Assembly: GCA_027451365.1 (NCBI GenBank)
Contig: DAIDJN010000021.1
Location: 1 to 53,104, forward strand
Reading direction: 5' to 3'
Length of the DNA: 53,104 nucleotides
From: Phycisphaerales bacterium
GTDB lineage: Bacteria > Planctomycetota > Phycisphaerae > WQYP01
The notes beneath the pieces are model-generated. The model saw nothing but the letters and a program-made list of their open reading frames with translations. It searched no databases and was not told the origin of the DNA. This document shows, piece after piece, positions 27,479 through 37,229 of the stretch. How positions within the stretch are numbered: the stretch's first letter is position 1; each line of letters starts with the position of its first letter. Both the position numbers and the translations under genes were made by a program.

Positions 27479-27793
27479 GCGGGTTCCTTATTAGTACGTG
27501 CTATAGCATTTGCGGCGACGCCCAAGGCCTCGACCGGCTTCACTGGTATAGTACTCTACTTTGCGCTATAAGCAAAACTTTTCGCGCTTGGCGTAGTGGC
27601 GGTCGATTGCGGAGTATTCTAGACTTCAAAGCGTGATATGTATTCCCTTGCATTTGCCGGCTCAGTTCAATATCCGGCCTTCACGGGATTACCTTCATGA
27701 AACCGGTAGTCCGCGCTAAGCGGCTTACCGGGGCGACATTTCTGTTCGCCGGGTACATGTCACATGGTCCGTTACCTAAAGGAGGAACACTTT

Positions 27794-28855
27794 ATGGTGT
27801 GTGGCAATAAAACCCAAACTGGCAATTTGCGGGCACTCCTTCGCGCCGCCGCCGGGTTTACCCTGGTGGAATTGCTTGTGGTCATTTCGATCATCGCTCT
27901 GCTGATATCGCTGTTGCTGCCAGCTTTGGCACAAGCGAAGGCCGCGGCGGAAAGCGTGGCATGTGGCGCGAATCTGCGTTCCATCGGTCAGGAACTTGCG
28001 GAATACAGTGCATCGTTTGAAAGCGCCATTCCCTTCGGAGTCTATGACGATCCGACCAATTTCCCGGGCAATCCGGATGGTGCCAATCCGAGCTACTGGC
28101 TGCCCTCGCCAGTCGGGTGGGCCACAATGTTGTTCAGTTACACTTCCGGTCATCCAATGGCCGATTTTCTTGATCCAAATGATGTTGCCTGGAGCGGGAC
28201 AGGTCCAAGCGCGTCCGTGCAGGCGTGGTCTCTGTTATTTTTGAAAACCTATGACTGTCCGGCATCCACAATTGTCAGTCAGCCGTTCAATCAATGGCAG
28301 GTACAGGGCACCGAGGTAGTGGGAAATTTTTCCAGTACCTATTCAGCCAATCCCAACTTCTTCCTGTACTACGGCAAGCCCAATGGCTTCAGCCAACCAG
28401 TAAGCACCGCGTTTAAAACATCCAATGTTCAGACGCCGGCGGAAAGTCTTGCTGTGGGCGACTCAACTCAGTCCGGTGATACCGTTGGATATTTTTCTAA
28501 CGAAACCTTTAGCTTCTGGAATCAAAGCACCGCACTGGGATCGCAATGGACGCCAATTTTGAATGGCGACTATCAGGACCTCGACTTTATGATTCCGCCA
28601 GATGGCCTGTTCCCGGGCAATTCCCAGCTTGATGCAAATGGTTGGGAAACCGGTCTGCGTTATCGCCACGGTCAAACGGCAGGCCACCTTGGAACCGCTG
28701 AAGCGCTGTTTTTTGACGGTCATGTGGGATCCATATTGCCCAATGGCAACCCTGGCGGTGCGCAGCCCAGCGCAGCCACCGAAGGCACCACCAGCCTTCG
28801 CGTCGTGAATATCATCAATCAGGAATTGCCGATGGGTTATCAGACGCCCCCATGA
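27794..28855 (+). CDS. Prepilin-type N-terminal cleavage/methylation protein with DUF1559 and H-X9-DG motif
   Basis: G|FTLVELLVVISIIALLISLLLPAL, AKAAAESVACGANLRSIG and HLGTAEALFFDG(H). AAGGAGG SD precedes ATG 27794. Confidence 0.9.
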   Translation: MVCGNKTQTGNLRALLRAAAGFTLVELLVVISIIALLISLLLPALAQAKAAAESVACGANLRSIGQELAEYSASFESAIPFGVYDDPTNFPGNPDGANPSYWLPSPVGWATMLFSYTSGHPMADFLDPNDVAWSGTGPSASVQAWSLLFLKTYDCPASTIVSQPFNQWQVQGTEVVGNFSSTYSANPNFFLYYGKPNGFSQPVSTAFKTSNVQTPAESLAVGDSTQSGDTVGYFSNETFSFWNQSTALGSQWTPILNGDYQDLDFMIPPDGLFPGNSQLDANGWETGLRYRHGQTAGHLGTAEALFFDGHVGSILPNGNPGGAQPSAATEGTTSLRVVNIINQELPMGYQTPP

Positions 28856-28948
28856 TCCGCCAAACTGTTTTGTTCTCCTTTCTGGGCAGCTTTACCTCCC
28901 TTTGTCTGACCAGACCGAGAGATGCAATGACCTGAGGCGGTATCTTCT

Positions 28949-29000
28949 AGCCGGAGTCGTGCGGTTTACCGTTGATCGCAAGGCTCCGGCTTTTTTTATT
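28949..29000 (+). terminator. Intrinsic terminator after the DUF1559 gene
   Basis: AGCCGGAG...CTCCGGCT stem followed by TTTTTTATT. Confidence 0.7.
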
Positions 29001-29092
29001 TCCGCGTTCAATTACGCTGTAAACATCCCGATTCGGTTCGCTCCCGTTCCGTTCGGTTGTTTTTGATTCTGTTTTTTGCAGGAGTGATTATC

Positions 29093-31525
29093 TTGAAATC
29101 GTCTTCCCTTTCGACGTTGTCCGCTGGCTCAACTGACCGTCGCGATTTTCTTAAACTTGCGGCCGTTGCTTCCACCGTCGCGCTTAAGGATCCGCTTGCG
29201 GTGCATGCCGCCGATGTCCGTCACCCGGTCAAGGGGCCGCAGGCGGTTACGGGCTGGAAGAAGGATGCCTCCGGCGTGCATGTGCGGCTGGCCGGTGGCC
29301 TGCTGAGTCTTATGGTCTATTCGCCACGGTGCATTCGTGTGAATTTTGTGCCAGGAGCCGTGGCACCGTCACCTTCGGCGGCTGATACCAGCTTTTGTGT
29401 GGTTCATGGCCCGCAAAAAGCGGCCTGGAAATTTCACGCCGGGCAAACGCATTTAATACTTTCCACAACGCAAATGCATGCTCGTGTGGATAAAAAATCC
29501 GGTGCGGTTGAGTTTCTGGACGCGACGGGAAAGGCTTTTCTGGCTGAACCGTCCGACGGAAAATCAATGACGCCGAAAATGTTCAAGGATGTCGCCACCT
29601 GGAAGGTGCGGCAGGACTTCCGACTGGCGGCGGATGAAGCGATTTATGGCCTGGGCCAGCATCAGCAGGGATTGATGAACTACCGTGGCACCAGTATTCA
29701 CCTGCAGCAGGAAAATATGCACGTGGCGATCCCCGTTCTGATTTCCAGCCGCGGCTACGGCATTTTATGGGATAATCCGGCAATTACAGATGTGCATGTT
29801 GGAATTTCAAAACCGGCCGGCATGAAGAACCGAGTGGTGTGGGAGTCCATGGTGGGTGGGGCGATTAATTACTATGTCATGTACGGCCCGCAATTGGATG
29901 ATGTCATTGCTGAATACCGGAAGCTGACCGGTGCCGCCCCCATGTTTGGCCGCTGGGTCTGGGGTTTCTGGCAGTGCAAAAACCGCTACCGCTATCAGGA
30001 GCAGATTCTGGGCATTCCCGCGGAATATCGTTCCCTGAAAATTCCGATGGATGGTATTGTGCAGGACTGGCGCTATTGGACCCCTGCCGCGTGGGGATCC
30101 AATACGTTTAACCCGGTGCGCTATCCGGATCCGCGCGCCATGATCCGCCAACTGCATCAGGAAAATATCCATTTCATGATTTCGGTCTGGGCCAAATTTG
30201 TGGCCGGATCCGCCAATTACCAATTGTTAAAAGACGCCGGCGTGCTTTATCCTGACAATGGCGGCACCGACCCCAAGTGGGACCCGGTCGCCCGGTATTA
30301 TGACGCATTTAATCCGGTGGCACGGAAGCTTTACTGGAGCCTGCTGAATAAAGACCTCTTTGCACTGGGAGTGGATGCCTGGTGGCTGGATGCTTCGGAA
30401 CTTGAAGTTCGCCCCTGGGGCACCTTCTCTGATTACAAAACCCATGCCGGGTGGGGCGCGTTTGTTTATAATGCCTATCCGCTCATGCACACCGGGTCGG
30501 TATACGACGGCCAGCGCAGCGTCAGCAGTGAAAAGCGCGTCATGATTTTAACCCGGTCCGCATGGGCGGGTCAGCAGCGTCATGCCGCCATCACCTGGTC
30601 CGGCGACGTGGAAGGCAAATGGGAAGTTTTTGCCAAGCAAATTCCGGCTGGTATAAATTTTGCCCTTAGCGGTATTCCCTATTGGAATACAGATATAGGT
30701 GGATATGTCAGCGGCAATCCGCAGGACCCGGCCTATTGCGAGCTATTCATCCGGTGGTTCCAATTCGGCGCATTTTGCCCGCTTTTCCGCGTGCATGGCG
30801 TGAATTATCCCAAGGAAATGTGGCAGTTCGGTCAGCCCGCGATGGCTATTTTGGAAAAATTTAACCGGTTGCGTTACCACCTGCTGCCCTACATTTATTC
30901 CGTGGCGTGGCAGGTCACAAGTCGCGGCTACACCATGTTGCGCGGTCTGATCATGGACTTCCGCACAGATAAAAAGGTTCATGCCATTGCCGATCAGTTC
31001 ATGTTTGGTCCGGGTATTCTGGTAAGCCCGGTCACCAAACCGGCCGCTAAAACACGGAAAGTGTATCTGCCGTCCGGTTCGGCCTGGTATGATTTCTGGA
31101 CGGGAACGATGCTGTCAGGCGGCAAGGCGATTTTCGCGGATGCCGCCATTTCCACTATGCCGCTGCATGTCCGCTCTGGAACCATTCTGCCACTTGGGCC
31201 GGCATCCCAAAGCGCCATGGACCGGACCTCGGACCTGGAATTGCGCATTTATCCTGGCGCTGATGGCGAATTCACCCTTTATGACGACGAATATGACAAC
31301 TACAACTACGAAAAGGGCACCCACGCAACCATCCGCCTGACATGGAATGACAAAAGCCGTACTCTGAGCATGGGGCCCCGGCGTGGTGAATTTCCGGGCA
31401 TGATCCGCCGCCACACGATCCGCATTGTGGTGGTGCGGCCGGGCCATGGAGCGGGCCTTGAACAGGCGACACCGGATGCGGTGGCCACCTACAGTGGCCA
31501 ACCGCTTATGGTAAAACTGCCCTGA
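29093..31525 (+). CDS. Tat-exported glycoside hydrolase family 31, alpha-xylosidase-like, with DUF5110-type C-terminus
   Basis: Twin-arginine DRRDFLK, IVQDW, nucleophile motif WWLDASE, acid/base WSGD, WNTDIGG. TTG start 8 nt after AGGAG; the ORF track starts at 29057. Confidence 0.92.
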   Translation: MKSSSLSTLSAGSTDRRDFLKLAAVASTVALKDPLAVHAADVRHPVKGPQAVTGWKKDASGVHVRLAGGLLSLMVYSPRCIRVNFVPGAVAPSPSAADTSFCVVHGPQKAAWKFHAGQTHLILSTTQMHARVDKKSGAVEFLDATGKAFLAEPSDGKSMTPKMFKDVATWKVRQDFRLAADEAIYGLGQHQQGLMNYRGTSIHLQQENMHVAIPVLISSRGYGILWDNPAITDVHVGISKPAGMKNRVVWESMVGGAINYYVMYGPQLDDVIAEYRKLTGAAPMFGRWVWGFWQCKNRYRYQEQILGIPAEYRSLKIPMDGIVQDWRYWTPAAWGSNTFNPVRYPDPRAMIRQLHQENIHFMISVWAKFVAGSANYQLLKDAGVLYPDNGGTDPKWDPVARYYDAFNPVARKLYWSLLNKDLFALGVDAWWLDASELEVRPWGTFSDYKTHAGWGAFVYNAYPLMHTGSVYDGQRSVSSEKRVMILTRSAWAGQQRHAAITWSGDVEGKWEVFAKQIPAGINFALSGIPYWNTDIGGYVSGNPQDPAYCELFIRWFQFGAFCPLFRVHGVNYPKEMWQFGQPAMAILEKFNRLRYHLLPYIYSVAWQVTSRGYTMLRGLIMDFRTDKKVHAIADQFMFGPGILVSPVTKPAAKTRKVYLPSGSAWYDFWTGTMLSGGKAIFADAAISTMPLHVRSGTILPLGPASQSAMDRTSDLELRIYPGADGEFTLYDDEYDNYNYEKGTHATIRLTWNDKSRTLSMGPRRGEFPGMIRRHTIRIVVVRPGHGAGLEQATPDAVATYSGQPLMVKLP

Positions 31526-31606
31526 TCGCGACGGTTGGTTGGCCCAACGGCAACGGGCGGCATTTTTAATTGTGCCGACGCTCCGCCGTTGTGCTAATAT
31601 GTACCC

Positions 31607-32317
31607 ATGCGATCAACGTTTATAAAAATTTGCGGCATCACACAGCCCGCTGACGCCAAACTTGCGTTTAACCTTGGTGCCGGGGCCATTGGGCTGAACT
31701 TTGTTGCCGGCCCGCGAAAAATTACTCCGGTTATCGCCGCTGAAATTCTTTCCGCACTGCCAAAATCATGCTGTGTCGTGGCGTTGATTCATATTCCGGA
31801 TTCTGCCGCAATGGTCGGGTTGGAAACCATTCTCGAATCACCCCAGATCACGCACCTGCAGGTGTATGGCGATTGCGCGGACGTGGTCAGATTCGGTCCG
31901 GTCGCCGCGGCCATGGCAAAGCGCAAGCCGTTTAAGATATGGCCGGTGCTTCGCATCAGTTCGCTGCCTGATGTATTCCGGATTGCCGATGGCGTCGCGC
32001 AGATCAGGTGGCGGCCCGATGGACTGGTGTTGGATGCCTTTACGCCTGGCGCGTTAGGTGGCACGGGCAACCGATTTGACTGGAATTGGCTTAAGACCGC
32101 TTCGATTCAAGGGCATCTGACCGGCTTGCCGCCGATGATCCTGGCCGGCGGGCTGAACGCGGAAAATGTGGCCGATGCCATCGCGCTGGTCAAGCCATGG
32201 GGGGTGGACGTATCAAGCGGAGTAGAGGAGTTGGGACATCCGGGAATTAAAAATCCTGAGCGGATGGCCCGCTTTGTGCAGGCCGTCCGCATTGCCGATG
32301 AAGATTCTATTTCCTAG
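31607..32317 (+). CDS. trpF: Phosphoribosylanthranilate isomerase
   Basis: IKICGIT, LGGTG..FDW, LAGGLNAENV and GVDVSSGVE. Confidence 0.95.
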   Translation: MRSTFIKICGITQPADAKLAFNLGAGAIGLNFVAGPRKITPVIAAEILSALPKSCCVVALIHIPDSAAMVGLETILESPQITHLQVYGDCADVVRFGPVAAAMAKRKPFKIWPVLRISSLPDVFRIADGVAQIRWRPDGLVLDAFTPGALGGTGNRFDWNWLKTASIQGHLTGLPPMILAGGLNAENVADAIALVKPWGVDVSSGVEELGHPGIKNPERMARFVQAVRIADEDSIS

Positions 32318-32478
32318 GCGATAAGCTATCCGCTAACCGGGGAATTTGGTTCAAACAGCCTCAGCCTTTGTCAATGACGCCGATTCGCGGAAATCAAACG
32401 TCATTTTCCGCAGATTCTGTATTCCTGGCCGATCCGCGTTGTATCTAGATGATTCAAATTGCATTTTGGCCTGTCCAA

Positions 32479-32907
32479 CTAAGGGTCGGGCGAATCGGAA
32501 AGTTCGTCGCTGTTCTCCGGCGGTGGCGGCGGTCGAAGACGTTTGCCCGCGAGTTTCCAGGCGTCCACATACGGCGTCTTTGCGTGTCGCACTTCGCGGC
32601 CCAGCAGCAGACGTCGCGTGGCGCGAATGAAACTCATGGCAATAATCACAACCAGAATCGCCAGCGATCCGGCCACGGCCGCCCATATTAAAATCGCCAG
32701 TCTTTGTGATTTCCGTATTACCGTCGAACTGGTTGAAGATGCCGGCATGGTGGTTGACCCGGTGCCTGCCGATACTGGCGTCGATTTGGCCACGCCGGAG
32801 GCCGCCGACGCGGTGGTGGCAAATTGCCCTCGCGCCTCGGGCGTTGTTATACCAGGCAGGCCCGTTAGAACCAGCAGTACCGAAGCGAAAAGCACAATCA
32901 TTTTCAT
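32479..32907 (-). CDS. Hypothetical single-pass membrane protein
   Basis: Signal-like N-terminus, Ser/Thr-rich linker, TM helix, cytoplasmic tail TPYVDAWKLAGKR; co-oriented downstream of the J-protein gene. Confidence 0.6.
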   Translation of the reverse strand: MKMIVLFASVLLVLTGLPGITTPEARGQFATTASAASGVAKSTPVSAGTGSTTMPASSTSSTVIRKSQRLAILIWAAVAGSLAILVVIIAMSFIRATRRLLLGREVRHAKTPYVDAWKLAGKRLRPPPPPENSDELSDSPDP

Positions 32908-32949
32908 AAATTCATCCGGCAGTTGAAACCCGGAACGCCGACGGTCGAA

Positions 32950-33942
32950 TTAAAATCGCCAGCCTGTATTGTTTCGTGGATCCGCCGGATGCGCTGAATC
33001 AATGGCGATCAGGCTTTTGCGCTCAAGATCGGTTAACTGTTCCGGCACGTGAACCAGAATGCGGCAAAGCTGGTCGCCCGGCGGAGTGTCTCCCATTGTA
33101 ATTCCGCGTCCTTTAATACGCAGTTTTTTGCCGCTGGTTACGCCGGCTGGAATACGCAATTCCACCGCGCCGTCCAGCGTCGGTACACGAACCGTGCCAC
33201 CCGCAACAGCTTCCGTAAGCGAAATCGGCAGGTCCAGCACAATATCCTGTCCCTGACGGGAAAAATAGTCGTGGGGTGAAACATGCGTGACAATAATCAG
33301 ATCACCCCGGCCCAGTCCGTTGGCGGTATGCTGGCCGCGGCCCTTAACCCGAATTTTTGATCCTTCCGTTACGCCCGCCGGAATTTTAACGCTTATAGTT
33401 TCGGAATGGGCCTTTCCCACGGTATCAAACCGCAGGTCGAGTTTGGTGCCGCGCGCTGCTTGTTCAAAAGTCAGTGTGACCGGGTGGACAATATCCACAG
33501 CGGGCGGTTCAACCGGTACGGCCGAAGTTTGCGTTCGCCCTCGCGATCGGCCGCGACCTGGTCCGCGGGCGAACGTGGCAAAAATATCGTCAAGGTCAAC
33601 TTCGCCGAAGTCCATGGTGGCGCCACCCGGCGTTGGCCGCTGGTAGCGGAAGCCGCCTCCACCCCGTCCGGCCGCGGCCGCCGCGGCCGCTGCTTCACTG
33701 GCTGCGGCGCTGCTGACACCCGCATGTCCAAACTGGTCATAGGCCTGGCGTTTTTTGGGATCGCTCAGGACATCGTAGGCTTCCTGAACTTCCTTGAACC
33801 GACCTTCTGCACTTTTGTCGTTGCGATTGACATCCGGATGATACTTCCGCGCCAGTTTCCGGTAGGCGGCCTTAATTTCATCAGGCTTGGCCGATCGGCT
33901 GGTTCCCAGTACTTCGTAATAATCACGTGGTGCCGCAGTCAT
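32950..33942 (-). CDS. Class II J-domain co-chaperone (CbpA/DnaJ-like, no zinc finger)
   Basis: DYYEVLG, YHPD motif, G/F-rich linker and DnaJ C-terminal domain (VKIPAGV..G.KIRVKGRG); no CxxCxGxG repeats. Confidence 0.92.
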   Translation of the reverse strand: MTAAPRDYYEVLGTSRSAKPDEIKAAYRKLARKYHPDVNRNDKSAEGRFKEVQEAYDVLSDPKKRQAYDQFGHAGVSSAAASEAAAAAAAAGRGGGGFRYQRPTPGGATMDFGEVDLDDIFATFARGPGRGRSRGRTQTSAVPVEPPAVDIVHPVTLTFEQAARGTKLDLRFDTVGKAHSETISVKIPAGVTEGSKIRVKGRGQHTANGLGRGDLIIVTHVSPHDYFSRQGQDIVLDLPISLTEAVAGGTVRVPTLDGAVELRIPAGVTSGKKLRIKGRGITMGDTPPGDQLCRILVHVPEQLTDLERKSLIAIDSAHPADPRNNTGWRF

Positions 33943-34256
33943 ATTTAGGTATACCTTCCTGGCGAATTATTTAATTCGCCTTAGCACAATGCGTTTCCCG
34001 ACCCGCGGACAAACCCGACTCGTCCCAGCGGCAACGCATGGTCCATGATTGTCCACCCGTTATTATATCGGGCAAACTATTCCATGGCAGGGGCGATTAA
34101 AAATGGATGGTAAGACCGGCCAACTTTGGGCTGGCGGGGTACTCCATTGGGCAACGCAACCTGTTGGATGGGGACTTTCATCGTGTTTGCGAGCCTTTGC
34201 GGGGTTGGAACACGCGACGCTGGCTGTCGGGTGCCGCTGCGGGTATTTTATTGTGC

Positions 34257-35117
34257 ATGAGGATCGGACTTATCGCTAATTCCACCAAGCCGGATGCCCT
34301 AAGCGCCGCAGCGCAGCTTACGGACGTACTGAAAAGCCGAAGCGATTGCAGCGAACTGCATCTGATGGAACCCGGTGCGATGGCCGATTTGGCGGCATTT
34401 GCCCCGGACCTTCTGGTAATTCTTGGCGGCGATGGAACAATTCTGCAAACCGCCCGGTTCATTGCCGGCACCGCCGCCCGTGTGGTAGGAATAAATTTCG
34501 GCAAACTCGGCTATCTGGCAGCCTTTTCACTGGACGAATTTCTGACGCATCTGAACGTAATTCTGGCAGATACAGCCCCGGTCACCAGCCGCATGATGCT
34601 GGAAGGCACCATTTATCAGACCGCAGAATCTCCAGATAGCGTGGACCGCCCGGTGTTTTCCTGTCCGGCACTCAATGATGTTGTTTTAAACGCGGGCCTA
34701 CCGTTTCGCATGTTGGATATGCGTGTGCAAATCAACGGTCAGCCCACCGTCCATTTCCGCGGCGACGGTCTGATAGTATCCACCTCATCGGGGTCCACGG
34801 GGTACAATTTGTCCGCTGGTGGGCCGCTTATTTCCCCAGACCTGGCGGCCTTGGTGGTAACGCCAATTTGCGCGCATTCGCTTTCGTTTCGTCCCGTGGT
34901 GCTGCCGGCGGACACGAAGGTACGGGTAGATGCCCAGCGGGTGAATCCCGGTTCGATGGTAAGTTTCGACGGTCAGGTCAATCGTCCACTCAAAGAGAAT
35001 CAATATGTTCAGGTGAACCGATCGGCGTGTGCCTTGCGTCTGGTCGAAAATCCGGCAATGTCGCACTGGAACATGCTGGCCCGTAAATTGGGCTGGGCGC
35101 AAAATCCCAGAGGGTGA
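34257..35117 (+). CDS. nadK: NAD(+) kinase
   Basis: GGDGT, GINFGKLGYL, ALND and DGLIVSTSSGSTGYNLSAGGP. ATG at 34257 preferred over 34107. Confidence 0.95.
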   Translation: MRIGLIANSTKPDALSAAAQLTDVLKSRSDCSELHLMEPGAMADLAAFAPDLLVILGGDGTILQTARFIAGTAARVVGINFGKLGYLAAFSLDEFLTHLNVILADTAPVTSRMMLEGTIYQTAESPDSVDRPVFSCPALNDVVLNAGLPFRMLDMRVQINGQPTVHFRGDGLIVSTSSGSTGYNLSAGGPLISPDLAALVVTPICAHSLSFRPVVLPADTKVRVDAQRVNPGSMVSFDGQVNRPLKENQYVQVNRSACALRLVENPAMSHWNMLARKLGWAQNPRG

Positions 35118-35492
35118 ACGGCTACGCAAGGCAAGCAACCGATGCAGAATTAAAATCCGCAAGTCACGGCGGTTGGCTTTTGCGCATTGACCATGGAGAA
35201 TCTCCGGCGGCATTCGGTGGAGCGTGGTTGCCAGGAGCAGCTCATTGGTTCCGCGCGGCCGACCAGTAACCCGCCGAAGCTGCCTGACAGGCAGCGGAAC
35301 GGGATCATCGTTTCGCAAAAGCAAGTCCGATGGCCCATGCCGATATACTTTGCCCGATCTGGGTTAGAACATGGTCAAAAATCATAGAGTGTCCCGGGGC
35401 GGAATACATCATGACAACCGTCTTGCATTTCCTGATAAAATTTCCGTTGCCGCGGACGTTGCGTCGTAATTTTCGATACATCAGGAATTGGT

Positions 35493-35906
35493 TCAAGGCA
35501 GATGGTCGAAGTAGTCTTGAAGAATGCGTGCCGCGGCAATGGCATCAACCCGTTGGCGTTTCTGCTTGCGTGTGAAATGGCCCGCCAGGCGGGATTCCGC
35601 ATCGTGGCTGGTCAGGCGTTCATCCACGCGTATCACCGGCAGGTGAATGAGCTTTTCCAGTTCGACCGCGAATTTTTCGGTCAGCATTGCCTGCGGCCCC
35701 GCTGATCCATTTTCATTCAACGGCAGGCCGCAGATGATAAGCTGGATTCCCTCGCGCTGTATCAGCGCGGCGATGGCGGTCAATAACTCCGGTTCGCTAA
35801 GATTTTCAAACCGTTCAAACGGCGCGGCCATCCGGCTTTCAGTGTCGCCAATGGCTATGCCTGTTCGCCGAGAACCGTAATCTATGGCAATCGCCCGCTG
35901 ACCCAT
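35493..35906 (-). CDS. ruvX: Holliday junction resolvase-like / pre-16S rRNA nuclease RuvX (YqgF)
   Basis: AIDYGSRRTGIAIGD, GLP, VDERLTS and VDAIAAARILQDY. Confidence 0.95.
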   Translation of the reverse strand: MGQRAIAIDYGSRRTGIAIGDTESRMAAPFERFENLSEPELLTAIAALIQREGIQLIICGLPLNENGSAGPQAMLTEKFAVELEKLIHLPVIRVDERLTSHDAESRLAGHFTRKQKRQRVDAIAAARILQDYFDHLP

Positions 35907-35941
35907 ATCGAATTACCCTGTTTGAGAAAAAATGTCGGCGA

Positions 35942-37015
35942 TCAGACAAAATCGGCCGACACGTTTTTTTCTACCCATCCGACAAGCTGCTTAATGCTTT
36001 CCGCCTCGTCAGACCGGCAGACCAGCGTGGCCTTTGGCGTATGAATGACCGTTACCCCTTCCAGGCCGATGACGCCCACCAGATGCGGCTGCTCGGAAAC
36101 GGCCAGAATATTGTGGCTCTTTAATGAAGCGATGGTGCAGCCGGCGCTGCGGTTCTGATTTTCATCCGGGGCAAGAGTGGCGGCAAAGCTGTTCCAGTTG
36201 CCCACATCCAGCCATTCCACGGGCATGGGGATCATGGCCACATGCGGGGCCTTTTCCATAATCGCATAGTCGATGCTTATTTTGGGCAATGTCGGATAAA
36301 TTTCGGCCAGCCGGCGCGGATAGTCTGTGGTCTGCCAGGCTTCCGCAATGTGCATGACACCCTTATACGTTTCGGGTAGATGGGTCTTAAGCTGCTCCAG
36401 AATAGTGCGGACTTTCCACACAAACATGCCGCTGTTCCAGCCATATTCCCCGCTGGCAACATATTTTTCGGCCGTCGCGGCATCGGGCTTTTCCTTGAAA
36501 GTTTTCACGGCATAGGCTCCGCCTGCTTCCAGACTTGCTCCTTTTTGAATGTAGCCATAGCCGGTGGCTGCATGGGTCGGCGTGATGCCGAACGTGACCA
36601 GTAACTCCGGCGATTTTTCCACAAGTTCAAAACCTGCGGCAAGATGCTTCTGAAAAACATCAATGGGGGTGATGATATGGTCCGCGGTAAGAACCGCCAT
36701 ACTTGCGTCCGGTTGGATCCGAGAAAGCACGGCGGCCGAAAAGCCGACGGCATTTGCGGTATCGCGGCCCATTGGTTCACCCAGTATCTGCTCGGCGGGC
36801 AGCGCTGGCATATCCTGTTGTATCTGGTCGGCATAACCAGCGGAGGTGCAGATGTAAACACCACTTGGTGGCACAAGACCGTTCAATCGTTTAACGGCAA
36901 TTTCCAGCAAAGATTCGCCCCCGATGAAGCGCAGCAGCTGTTTAGGCCTGCCCTTGGTGGACATGGGCCAAAGCCGCGTGCCTGAACCGCCCGCCATAAT
37001 GGTTGCATAACGCAT
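35942..37015 (-). CDS. manC: Mannose-1-phosphate guanylyltransferase (no isomerase domain)
   Basis: IMAGGSGTRLWP, PKQ, EPMGRDTA, FKEKP, WNSGMF, SIDYAIMEK and WLDVG. Confidence 0.93.
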   Translation of the reverse strand: MRYATIMAGGSGTRLWPMSTKGRPKQLLRFIGGESLLEIAVKRLNGLVPPSGVYICTSAGYADQIQQDMPALPAEQILGEPMGRDTANAVGFSAAVLSRIQPDASMAVLTADHIITPIDVFQKHLAAGFELVEKSPELLVTFGITPTHAATGYGYIQKGASLEAGGAYAVKTFKEKPDAATAEKYVASGEYGWNSGMFVWKVRTILEQLKTHLPETYKGVMHIAEAWQTTDYPRRLAEIYPTLPKISIDYAIMEKAPHVAMIPMPVEWLDVGNWNSFAATLAPDENQNRSAGCTIASLKSHNILAVSEQPHLVGVIGLEGVTVIHTPKATLVCRSDEAESIKQLVGWVEKNVSADFV

Positions 37016-37159
37016 TGCGTTCTCCGTTTTGAATCCGCATTTGTATCTCTGCCGCGCCGGTGCCAGACGACCCGGACATCGCGGTCCTCTGACGCATGGT
37101 TATAATCGGTATTGTCGCGGCGGGAAATGATGGAAATTTCAGGATATGAACGGAAAGGT

Positions 37160-37188
37160 TTGTCAAAACCACCGGTTTCGAGCATACT
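37160..37188 (+). promoter_or_regulatory. Putative sigma70 promoter for the PLP-enzyme gene
   Basis: TTGTCA-N17-CATACT, about 40 bp upstream of ATG 37230. Confidence 0.45.
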
Positions 37189-37229
37189 TCAATATATGAT
37201 CGCACGCGATTGTATTTGGAGTCCGGACC

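Noticed and set aside
27700..27735. Hairpin (CCGGTAG..CCGC..GCGG..TTACCGG) in the DUF1559 leader as a riboswitch
   Set aside because: No conserved motif of a riboswitch class I recognise; a single hairpin is insufficient evidence.
28856..28948. Pyrimidine-rich 3' UTR with CTCCTT/CCTCCC anti-SD-like tracts as a possible small RNA
   Set aside because: No promoter, processing or conservation evidence available from the sequence alone.
35118..35492. 375-bp gap between convergent nadK and ruvX with several 60-80 aa ORFs
   Set aside because: No ORF has a credible start, motif or composition, and no recognisable structured RNA was seen.
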